Assembly (NCBI GenBank): GCA_049585055.1
Contig: JBAUYZ010000068.1
Span: 15,528 to 79,527, forward strand
Reading direction: 5' to 3'
Source: Candidatus Cybelea sp.
Lineage (GTDB): Bacteria > Vulcanimicrobiota > Vulcanimicrobiia > Vulcanimicrobiales > Vulcanimicrobiaceae
DNA length: 64,000 nucleotides
Numbering within the stretch: the first letter of the stretch is position 1; each line of letters opens with the position of its first letter. The notes below the pieces were generated by a model, which saw only the letters and a program-made list of their open reading frames with translations, made no database searches and was not told the origin of the DNA. The position numbers and the translations under genes were made by a program. Positions 9,127 to 17,561 of this stretch are shown here, piece after piece.

Positions 9127-10568
9127 GTTGGAGCGCGAATTTCGGCCGCTTAGCGACCGGCTGCTGCGTGGCTGCGGCAATGCTAGGAGGGTGCGGTGCC
9201 CTTCCCCTGAGCCTGTCGAAGGGTCCGGATGACGTGCAGCCGCCGATCGGCGTGCCGGGTGCGATGCCGCCGCGCATTAAGGATGCAGAGATCAGCCGAC
9301 CGACGAGCACGCTGAAACACATTGTGGTTGTGATTCAGGAGAATCGAACTTTCAACGATTTGTTCGCGAAGTTTCCTGGTGCCGACGGAACGACTCGAGG
9401 TCGACTTAAGAATACAAGCGGTCGCGGTTACACGTACATCGCGCTCAAAGAAGTCAATCTAGACGAGCATTGTGATTTCGGCCACGGGTACCAGGGCTTT
9501 CTGAAAAACTACGACGAGGGCGCGATGGATGGCTTTGGCCTGGTGGGCAATAAGTGTAACGGTAATCACCGAGCAGCATACCAGTACGTAAATCCTTCGC
9601 AGATTCAACCCTATTGGGACATGGCCCAGCAATACGTTCTTGGCGATCATATGTTTCAGACACAAGGCAGCGGAAGCTTTACTGCCCATCAAGACTTGAT
9701 CGCCGGGGCAACCATTATCGATCCGTACAAGACTGTAAGTCTGGTGGACTTTCCGACGCACACGCCGTGGGGCTGTGACGCGCCGCCGGGAAGCACGACG
9801 CCGAAACTGATTTGGACTGGCTCGCAGATTGTGAGCGGCCAAGGGCCGTTTCCGTGCCTCGGCTACTCAACGCTGCGCGATCTCCTCGATGCTAAAGGCG
9901 TGACGTGGAGGTACTACTCGCCCCCGATTCTAGGCCATCAACAACCTGAGGGTCGACTCTGGAATGCATTCGACGCGATCGACGCCGTACGGCACAGCAA
10001 AGAATGGGGCACGAACGTCACGTTTTCGAACGCTCTAATCTTTAAAGACATAACGAAGAACCAACTGCCGGCAGTGTCGTGGGTGATTCCGGATCGCGAG
10101 GAATCGGACCATCCGCAGTCGCCGTTCGGCGACGACGGCCCGTCATGGGTGGCGAGCATCGTCAACGCCATCGGAACGACGGCCTATTGGAACAACACGG
10201 CAATCGTCGTCGTGTGGGACGATTGGGGCGGTTTTTACGATCAGGTTTCGCCGCCGCTCACCGATCACTGGGGCGGCCTCGGATTTCGCGTGCCAATGAT
10301 CGTCGTTTCGGCCTATGCGCGGGAGCATCATAAGGGACAGCCCGGTTACATTACGCATACCAATTATGAGTTCGGAAGCATCCTGAAGTTCATCGAGCAC
10401 ACATTCGATCTGGGCACGCTGCATACGACCGATGAACGCGCCACCGGCATCGGCGACTGCTTCGACTTCACGCAGTCGCCGCGCACGTTCACAAAGATTC
10501 CATCGAGCAAGACCACGGAGTACTTCCTGCACACGCCGCCGTCGCAACTGCCGGTCGACACGGAATAG
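9123..10568 (+). CDS. phosphoesterase-family lipoprotein (PF04185; phospholipase C / AcpA-like acid phosphatase), PE1
   Basis: Motifs present: IVVVIQENRTFNDLF, SDHPQSP, GPSWVASIVNAIG, VVWDDWGGFYDQVSPP and FRVPMIVVSAYA. The ATG at 9123 overlaps the A1 stop codon (ATGA). Confidence 0.9.
   Translation: MSWSANFGRLATGCCVAAAMLGGCGALPLSLSKGPDDVQPPIGVPGAMPPRIKDAEISRPTSTLKHIVVVIQENRTFNDLFAKFPGADGTTRGRLKNTSGRGYTYIALKEVNLDEHCDFGHGYQGFLKNYDEGAMDGFGLVGNKCNGNHRAAYQYVNPSQIQPYWDMAQQYVLGDHMFQTQGSGSFTAHQDLIAGATIIDPYKTVSLVDFPTHTPWGCDAPPGSTTPKLIWTGSQIVSGQGPFPCLGYSTLRDLLDAKGVTWRYYSPPILGHQQPEGRLWNAFDAIDAVRHSKEWGTNVTFSNALIFKDITKNQLPAVSWVIPDREESDHPQSPFGDDGPSWVASIVNAIGTTAYWNNTAIVVVWDDWGGFYDQVSPPLTDHWGGLGFRVPMIVVSAYAREHHKGQPGYITHTNYEFGSILKFIEHTFDLGTLHTTDERATGIGDCFDFTQSPRTFTKIPSSKTTEYFLHTPPSQLPVDTE
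9198..9237 (+). repeat. in-frame hairpin element after the lipobox codon
   Basis: The same 27-mer as at 8210 and 13050. It encodes ALPLSLSKGPDDV between GCG and QPPIG. Confidence 0.75.
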
Positions 10569-10604
10569 CTAGTCTTTGCACCGAGCGGCTAGGCCGCGGC
10601 GGGC

Positions 10605-10871
10605 TTACGGCGCGAAGCCGTTACCATAATAGGCCGCATTCGGTGTTTTGAGGTGCCCCGCGCCAAGCGCGGTTATCACTTTTCCGTGATCGACATCAAC
10701 CTCGAGAGCTTCTGCGGGCTCTGAAGAGCTTTGGACTACGGCCCAGACGTGGTTGTGGTAAGTATGAAAGTGGCAGTTACCATTTCCAAAGCCGTAGCCC
10801 GGTGGGAGATCAATCCTATGCGACGTTTTGTACCAGTCCTTGCCGATTGTGACATAGGCGATTTTGTTCAA
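10605..10871 (-). CDS. hypothetical 88-aa protein
   Basis: ORF only, with no recognisable motif. It could be a decayed tail of the gene at 10944-11525. Confidence 0.3.
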   Translation of the reverse strand: MNKIAYVTIGKDWYKTSHRIDLPPGYGFGNGNCHFHTYHNHVWAVVQSSSEPAEALEVDVDHGKVITALGAGHLKTPNAAYYGNGFAP

Positions 10872-10943
10872 TCGACCAAAGACTAGATGCCGATTCGATG
10901 TCGTGAAGCCGCATTACTTGTGGGGGAAATCCCGATTGCATTA

Positions 10944-11525
10944 CTATCGTTGTGTACAAAACTTTGCCACTGACGGGGATACCCGCCATGGTAGCGGTGC
11001 TAGGCGATTTCTTAGGACCTTGTAAGTATGCTCGAAGCGCGTTGAGCCATAGGGATACCTGACTATGGCCTGCTGGAACCCTCCGGCCGATTCACTTTCA
11101 ACGTAAAGGTTGTCGTCAACATCAACCGTCATCGTAGAAGAGAACCCGGGCGGATGATATTCGGCAATTTGGTAGTCAAGGCGATGCGTATACTCGCGCA
11201 CGGAGGAGAAGTTGTTCTTGGTGAACACGTCTGCGTAGACATGCCCTCGGCTGTCGGTGACGACGTCGACCGGGGCAAGAGTCTTGAAGGTCTTTTCGGC
11301 GACCTTATTGCCTGCTGGATCGAACGCGATGATAGCGTGCAGTCCAGGGTCGGCAACGTACAGGTAGCTGGAAACCGCGCCGGGCTCGGCGTGCGCTGCG
11401 ATCGCGGAGGTTTGCGGAACCTGGCCGGTCGCGCCGATCGGCGGCTGGGCTCCGGCGCAGCCCGCCAGCATCGCCACAGCCATACCGCTGCACAATGTGT
11501 AACGGCTAAAATGCAAGTTCTTCAT
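10944..11525 (-). CDS. short family-A-related lipoprotein (copy A2, 193 aa, possibly truncated)
   Basis: It has the leader AMLAGCAGAQPPIGATGQVPQ, followed by YLYVADPG...REYTH...VRYPYG blades. It ends at roughly half the family length. Confidence 0.55.
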   Translation of the reverse strand: MKNLHFSRYTLCSGMAVAMLAGCAGAQPPIGATGQVPQTSAIAAHAEPGAVSSYLYVADPGLHAIIAFDPAGNKVAEKTFKTLAPVDVVTDSRGHVYADVFTKNNFSSVREYTHRLDYQIAEYHPPGFSSTMTVDVDDNLYVESESAGGFQQAIVRYPYGSTRFEHTYKVLRNRLAPLPWRVSPSVAKFCTQR

Positions 11526-11579
11526 ATGCCTTGCTCATTGATCCGTGAATGGATCGGCGACCTCGAATTAGCGCGCATC

Positions 11580-12646
11580 CTATCCGTGCGGAGCGCGGCT
11601 GATCGTCACGCCCAATAAGCCGCTCAATTTGGGTACTTTTTTCGTTGGGCGGCCTGCTGCCGGATAATGCCAAAAGCCAAGTTGGCCTTCGACATGCCCC
11701 GTCGGTACGAGAACCGCATTTCCCTCGATCCAAGACTGAACTAGGCCATGCGCCAACCATTTCCTAAGTTTCGTGGTCCCCACTATCGTTGCCGTCGAGC
11801 CGGAAAAGCTCAAGCGATGAAGTTCGTATGATCTCTTATCTTGCTCCGCCAGGCTGATATACTTTCCATCCCATTGGATCTGTCTCGGTTCGGTGATGCT
11901 CTTGCGTAAGCTGAAGGTCGAAAACGAGCTGGAGCCTTTCGGAAGGTCCGCGAGATATATCTGATCGCCGCCTCCCGTACCGTCAACGAAGAGATTCCCC
12001 TTATCGTCGTAGCCGCAAAAATAGTAGTTTGAGAATTCGGGGTCCCGATAGACGGTTGGAGCGCCCGTTGCCTTCTTGTAGATCGCCACGTACCCTGGAC
12101 CACCGACGCTGTTGATGCTTGAGACTGCAAGGTTTCCGGTTAGTGAATCAACTGCGCATCCGAATGGCCACGTTTGCTTCTCAGGGAACGTTTGAATTGG
12201 TTGACTTCCGCCGTGCGCGTATTCGTAGACGTAGCCTTGCTTTCCGCCGTCGAGCGACGCCACGAAGACATCACCGGATGAGTCTGAGCACAGCCCCTGT
12301 TGGGACAGCGTATTGGCCGGCGCAAAGGACTCGATGAAGCGTCCTTCTGGGTACGATAAGATGTCAATAGCATCGCCCGAGGAGGCGGCGTAAATTAGGT
12401 CACCGGTGGTTTGACGAACAAGCTGAGGTTGCATTGGAGACGCCTGGAAGTAGTCTCTGCGCGCGCAGCGATCGGCGACTGCGTTCCCCCGCACCCTGCC
12501 AGAATTGCCGCAGCAGCAAAGCCGCGTAGATGAAATGAGAAGGCCGGTCCCCAAAAGGGCGACTTGCTAAAAGCGCCTTTGCGCACTCGAAGTGCATTGA
12601 AAGGGGACCGACGCATGAAGCAAAGCATAGCAGACCCGGGACGCAA
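11580..12646 (-). pseudogene. family-A lipoprotein (copy A3) with signal peptide and body in different frames
   Basis: The body ORF 11580-12554 contains YEYAHGGSQP...CAVDSLTGNLAV and WHYPAGG. The lipoprotein leader (GFAAAAILAGCGGTQSPIAA) sits in ORF 12395-12646. The two frames meet at a (GC)4 tract at 12459-12466. Confidence 0.7.
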
Positions 12647-12976
12647 AACAAAGCCTGCGCGGCGACCTGCAATTCAGCGAGCCGGGTTCGCGATCGGGGC
12701 CGACGTCAGCGACAATTCAGCGAAATCTGCGTGCTTGCCCGCGTCGCGCTCGAGGCGGGAACGCACTCCGAGCCGGTCACTAAGAGCAGCCAACGCTTGC
12801 TGCGAAAACCCCGTATAGCCAGCTATATGCCGAAAGCCGTGGCCAGCGTCGTTGCCGCCGCAAAGAGAAGCGAGGAAAAGGGCCGCGCCGCCACGCGCGA
12901 TGTCGCGCGGAGCCTGGGGGCTGAGCACCGAACGTTCTTAACCGCCGGTCCGTTCATGCAGCGAGGAGCAATGCAG

Positions 12977-13987
12977 ATGAAGAGCTTGGATTTTAGACAC
13001 TACGTGTTAGGCGGCTTTGCTGCTGCCGCATTGCTGGCAGGGTGCGGCGCCCTTCCCCTGAGCCTGTCGAAGGGTCAGAGTGACACCCAGCCGCCGATCG
13101 GCGCGCCGAGCGCGATGCGGCAAAGTCGCGCAATCGCTACGCACGCCGAGCGCAGCAGATCGTGGATGCTGCCGGAAGCGAAGAGCGAGGACTTGCTTTA
13201 CGTCTCAGACTATCAGAACGGAGTAATCGTCCTCTCCTACACACCGCCGCGGTTAAAGTACGTAGGATTCCTCTCTGAGCCGCAATGGGGCGAAGGCGAG
13301 TGCGTCGACAAAGCTCAGAACGTTTTTATCACCGGTAGCGCATATGACATTGTAGAGTACGCACACGGCGCGACGACCCCGAAAGCGATCCTAACCGATC
13401 CATTTGCTCTTCCCTTGAGTTGTTCTGTCGACCCAACGACCGGAAACCTCGCCGTCGTTGGCTACCCCGATCAGTTTCACAAAATTTACGGAGCTGCAAT
13501 CTTCAAAAAGGCGCGCGGGAAGCCCACGCTCTACGAGGACACAGGCTTCGCTGCTTTCGCGTGCACTTACGATAACGAAGGTAACCTGTTTCTCGACGGC
13601 AGCCTAACGAGCAGTGTCGCCATAGCTAAGTTGCAAAAAGGCAGTAGCACCTTTACAAACATTCCGCTCGAGCAATCGTTCAATGCGGTCGGCGGTATAC
13701 AGTGGGATGGTCAGTACGTCGCGGTTGGCGATTACTACAATGCAGTGATTTATGAGTTCGAGATCAACGGAAGCAGCGCGACGAAAGTTGGCTCCACGCC
13801 TTTAGGCGGCTCGGGTACGGTTCTACAGTTCTTCATTGACCGTGGCAGAGTGATCGTGCCCAGCACCTTTCAAAATTACTCCGGTTTCGTGAAGATCTTC
13901 GACTATCCAGCGGGCGGCGCAGCCAAGAGAACGCATGACGTTGGCAGCCCTAACGGAACCGTCGTTAGCCGCGCGCGACGCCACTAA
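12977..13987 (+). CDS. family-A propeller-like lipoprotein (copy A4)
   Basis: The ATG lies 8 nt after GAGGAG. The leader is MKSLDFRHYVLGGFAAAALLAGCG. Hallmarks EYAHGATTP...CSVDPTTGNLAV and FDYPAGG are present. Confidence 0.85.
   Translation: MKSLDFRHYVLGGFAAAALLAGCGALPLSLSKGQSDTQPPIGAPSAMRQSRAIATHAERSRSWMLPEAKSEDLLYVSDYQNGVIVLSYTPPRLKYVGFLSEPQWGEGECVDKAQNVFITGSAYDIVEYAHGATTPKAILTDPFALPLSCSVDPTTGNLAVVGYPDQFHKIYGAAIFKKARGKPTLYEDTGFAAFACTYDNEGNLFLDGSLTSSVAIAKLQKGSSTFTNIPLEQSFNAVGGIQWDGQYVAVGDYYNAVIYEFEINGSSATKVGSTPLGGSGTVLQFFIDRGRVIVPSTFQNYSGFVKIFDYPAGGAAKRTHDVGSPNGTVVSRARRH
13049..13088 (+). repeat. in-frame hairpin element after the lipobox codon
   Basis: The identical 27-mer (13050-13076) followed by AGAGTGACACC. 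It encodes ALPLSLSKGQSDT. Confidence 0.75.
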
Positions 13988-14151
13988 GTCTTAAAAGCAG
14001 GAGCAGCGAGTGGGCAAAGACCGATGAAGATTTCAAGCCTCGGCCGTTATGCACTCGTATCCCTTTCCGCAGAACGGGTACTGACACTACGTAAGAGCTC
14101 CGTCAAAAGTCAGGATGGAAGTAATGCTTGTGATAACCGAGCGCGATGACG

Positions 14152-14233
14152 TTATTGCCCTGAAGCCCAAATCTGACCGGGCCCGCCGATCGGTGGCTGC
14201 GATCCACCGCTATGCCCGAGCTCTGCAGACCGT
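14152..14233 (-). pseudogene. remnant of a family-A leader
   Basis: Directly 3' of copy A5, the minus strand reads ...GGSQPPIGGPGQ followed by a stop. This is the family's post-lipobox motif with no body attached. Confidence 0.35.
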
Positions 14234-15211
14234 TCACTTGAGGCTAACCGCTTCTCCGGACGGCGCTTGGTCGGAAAAGCTTTTGACCGGAGAACCACCG
14301 GCGGGAAACCGCCAGAACCCGAAGGCTCGTACCGAGTCATACGCGATCGGCCCGATAACCGTGCTACCCTGAATCCAAAATTGCGCGCGTGCGTACGAAA
14401 GTTGGAGCGTTGTCTTGCTGACTTTCGTTCCGGAGCTTCCACTCAGCGCGAAGCGATAGATGACCGATGGGCTAGAAGAGCCCGTGCCGAGGTCTGCGAT
14501 TGCGAGGTATTTCCCATCCCACTGCATCGAACCCGCGGCGCTGATAGTTTGATCGAGGGTTATCGTCGTAAAAGTCTTGCTGCCCTTTTGCAGCTCCGCG
14601 AGCCTAAAGCCTCCGCTGGAGCCCCCTCCATCAACAAAAAGGTCGCCGTTCTTGTCGTATGTACAAAAGGTAATGGATTGCATGTCGGGATCTGCGTACG
14701 ACTTGGCGTAGCGCCAGCCTCGCTTTTGGCTGTACGGGAAGATGACGATCCCGCCTCCGAAGCCCTCGGTGACGGCCAGAGTCTCGCTGGTCGGGTCCAC
14801 CGAGCAGTCAACAGCCGCGTACGGATCGTTGAGCGTAACCTTCGGCGTTATTGCACCATGAGCATAAACCAGTATCTGCGTCCCAAAGAGGCCTGCCGGG
14901 ATAAATACGTTATTCGCCCTATCAGTGCAAAGATAGAGCCCACCGACTCCGAGCGAGCCGAGCAGACCGCCGCGAGGATACGTGTAGACGTTGACTTCAT
15001 TCCCCAGTGCGATGTAGAGAAGGTCGCGTCCCTTCGCCTCGGGCCGCATCCACGATCCGCCATGCCCGGCGTGCATTGCGATCGTGCCGTTTTGCGGCAT
15101 CGAGCCTGATCCTACGATCGGCGGCTGCGATCCGCCGCACCCGGCCAGCATCGCCGTAGCGATGAAAATGCTGAGCGCAACGTGGCCACAATCTGAGCTC
15201 TTCACCTGCAT
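14234..15211 (-). CDS. family-A propeller-like lipoprotein (copy A5)
   Basis: The leader is AMLAGCGGSQPPIVGSGSMPQ. Hallmarks VYAHGAITP...CSVDPTSETLAV and WRFPAGG are present. Confidence 0.85.
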   Translation of the reverse strand: MQVKSSDCGHVALSIFIATAMLAGCGGSQPPIVGSGSMPQNGTIAMHAGHGGSWMRPEAKGRDLLYIALGNEVNVYTYPRGGLLGSLGVGGLYLCTDRANNVFIPAGLFGTQILVYAHGAITPKVTLNDPYAAVDCSVDPTSETLAVTEGFGGGIVIFPYSQKRGWRYAKSYADPDMQSITFCTYDKNGDLFVDGGGSSGGFRLAELQKGSKTFTTITLDQTISAAGSMQWDGKYLAIADLGTGSSSPSVIYRFALSGSSGTKVSKTTLQLSYARAQFWIQGSTVIGPIAYDSVRAFGFWRFPAGGSPVKSFSDQAPSGEAVSLK

Positions 15212-15548
15212 TGCTCCCTCGCTCCGATAAATCGATAGGCGGCTTGGAACATTCGGCGCTTAGCGCCGAGCCCCCGCAGGTAATGGGCATCGTGATCGCA
15301 TGTGTATTAAGTAGGCGCGTTCGTAGGGCAGGCTGTTCAAGCGATCGCAAGGGGTATCGCATGACGTTGTGCCAGCTGCGCGCCCGGAGGCTAAAAGCGC
15401 CGCGGAGCCCTGCGCGGCCATAGTCGCGGCTACTTATCGGATGTTGCGAATGGGGCCATTGTAAAGGCAGCGCTGCAATGCGACACGTTGAGATGCTTAG
15501 GCGAGCCGGCTCGTACGAACTGCGCGATCAACGCGTCGGTACAGGGCG

Positions 15549-15722
15549 TTACGTGGTGTGACCGGCGCCCGCGACGATTATCTGCCGAGCGTTGGTTAGG
15601 AATCGCAGTGCCTCCGTTGCGAATCGCGGCGGCGTCGTCGGATCATCCGAGCCGCTAATCAACAGGATGCGCAAGTCGCTGCGAACACCCTCGATCCTGA
15701 GCTGAACTACCGAGGGCCTTAT
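15549..15722 (-). pseudogene. C-terminal remnant of an alpha/beta hydrolase
   Basis: My translation is IRPSVVQLRIEGVRSDLRILLISGSDDPTTPPRFATEALRFLTNARQIIVAGAGHTT followed by a stop. This is the typical hydrolase tail carrying the catalytic His. An in-frame stop lies upstream and there is no N-terminal part. Confidence 0.45.
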
Positions 15723-15846
15723 CTAGTATGAGCGGCCTGCTCCATCCAGCATCTGCGGTAGAAGCGGGAAAGCAGGCGCGACCGGAAGTTCTTAAGCCCT
15801 TATGTCGTGACTTTCGTCTCGGGATAAGAGGATCAAGTGATCGGGC

Positions 15847-16410
15847 TTGAAACAACAAAATGGGATAGGCGGGGCGAAGCAAGGTCTGACCGCTGCATCA
15901 TTGGAGGCGACAAGCCGAATGGGAAGCGAGGAAACCCAAGGGGACTACATCGGCCGGGTTAAGCAGTATCAGAACTGGTACGATGGCAAGGCTGTGAAAT
16001 GCAAATCGCGGTATCTCTCCATGCGGGTTATCGCCGTTGTGGGAGCTCTGCTCGTTCCGGTAACCGTGAATTTACCCGACATCTCGCCTCACCTCGCCGT
16101 TGGTAAGCCTGTCAGCACGCTGTTGGGAATTGTAATCGCGGCCACCGTCTCTCTGGAAGGTGTGTATCACTACCGCGAACAGTGGAAGAACTACCGCTCG
16201 ACCGAACAGTACTTAGGTCGCGAGCTTGTCTATTACGAGACCGGTACCGGACCTTACGATCATATCACCGCCGAGATTGCATTCCGGCTTCTCGTAGATC
16301 GCGTCGAGAGGGCGATTGCTGCGGAGAACGCATCGACTTTGAGCGTGATGACACTGGCTAATACCCAGGGAGGGTCAGCGTCATCCTCTTTGACCCCGCC
16401 GGGCGGCTAG
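15847..16410 (+). CDS. DUF4231 / SLATT-family two-TM protein
   Basis: KQYQNWYDGKAVKCKSRYLSMRVIAVVGALLVPV is followed by a second TM segment and then YHYREQWKNYRSTEQYLGRELVYYETGTGPY, which fits the DUF4231 pattern. The real start may be the ATG at 15919. Confidence 0.65.
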   Translation: MKQQNGIGGAKQGLTAASLEATSRMGSEETQGDYIGRVKQYQNWYDGKAVKCKSRYLSMRVIAVVGALLVPVTVNLPDISPHLAVGKPVSTLLGIVIAATVSLEGVYHYREQWKNYRSTEQYLGRELVYYETGTGPYDHITAEIAFRLLVDRVERAIAAENASTLSVMTLANTQGGSASSSLTPPGG

Positions 16411-16550
16411 ATCCTCCGCCGATCTGCGGGCGCCACCAACTCAAATCTGATGTCGATCGCAGCCGAGCCAGTCAAGAAGGTATCTCGTCTTGAAAGCTGC
16501 GGCCTCACGCCTCGCACGTGGGCCGACGCTGCTCGTGTTAGAATCACGGA

Positions 16551-17063
16551 GTGGAAAACCACTCCATTAGTACCTCGACCGTGAACTGGAGGCCAAAGCA
16601 TGGGCTGATCGGGTTGGTAATCTGCGTCCTCTGTGCGGAAGGGGTAGTCGCCGGGTTGGACCGATCATGTATGCTTTCATTCAACCTTGGCATCTTGGCT
16701 GGACAACTGCTAGTTTTGAATATGTTTGGCGCTCCAGAAATAATGGGTATGGTGGCTGGAATTCCGGCATTCTTAATCGCGGCGTTCCCCGACAACGTGA
16801 ATTTACGTCGCGATGGACTCTTCCTTGCGTTTACTTTACTAGCGATCGTAGCGATCGCTCTTGTCGCAGCCATGCGCGCAGGTTGGCAGGGATTTCTACT
16901 CTTCGTCGCGCTCATTGGCGCAGGATCACTACTGGGCTTTTGGACGCGAGCGTTGGAAGAGTTCCGGCAGTTCTGGTTGCCCATTGGCATTTTGTTGGCT
17001 CTCTCAGTAGCGGGCGTCATTTTCTTATATGGACACTATGGCCAGAACAACTGTTGGCCGTGA
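16551..17063 (+). CDS. hypothetical multi-pass membrane protein
   Basis: A 170-aa ORF with 4-5 hydrophobic helices. Local GC content is visibly lower than in the flanks. Confidence 0.5.
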   Translation: MENHSISTSTVNWRPKHGLIGLVICVLCAEGVVAGLDRSCMLSFNLGILAGQLLVLNMFGAPEIMGMVAGIPAFLIAAFPDNVNLRRDGLFLAFTLLAIVAIALVAAMRAGWQGFLLFVALIGAGSLLGFWTRALEEFRQFWLPIGILLALSVAGVIFLYGHYGQNNCWP

Positions 17064-17561
17064 AGGCTCGCGCAGCCACCCCGTTTCGCCCCGCAGCGCA
17101 CCAAGCGGCAATGCGACCGGCGCCCCATGAACGTTCCCTCTTTTGTCTAGCGGTGCGCGACACTCACGGTTACGCCGTACGCCGACGTCACAGAGATCGT
17201 GTTCACCGGCGACCCGCCGGCCGGATAGTTTGCCCTGTATCCAGAACTGCGCTACCATCTTCACGCCCTTAAGGACCGCCGCGCAAACTGCGAGGTTCGC
17301 GATCAGTGGGTCCGCAGAGCAGCTCCCCCGGGCGCTCAAGGTCGCAATCGGGCTAGCGCCGTCGTGGGCGAACTCGTAAAGGCACTGGGACGTCGAGATG
17401 AAGACGTCACCGACCTTATTCGAACACGCATGATCCGGCGATGAAAAATATCCCAGCGTTCCGTGCGCTTTGGCTCTTGGGTAGCTGTACACGAAGACCG
17501 CTTCCGGAGAGGTTACCGCGTAAAGCAAGTCTTGGTCGTAGCCGTCCGGCCTGCTCGGCAA
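17025..17561 (-). pseudogene. decayed family-A copy with an internal deletion
   Basis: QDLLYAVT...YEFAHDGASPIATL...CSADPLIANLAV jumps directly to AQFWIQG, a late-family motif. There is no signal peptide and the tail is Arg-rich. Confidence 0.5.

Noticed and set aside
10605-11525. The possibility that 10944-11525 (short A2 copy) and 10605-10871 are one family-A gene broken by frameshifts.
   Set aside because: The 88-aa ORF and the alternative frames in the 73-nt gap show none of the family's late hallmarks (GNLF.DG, Y.YPAGG). I could not reconstruct a continuous homolog.
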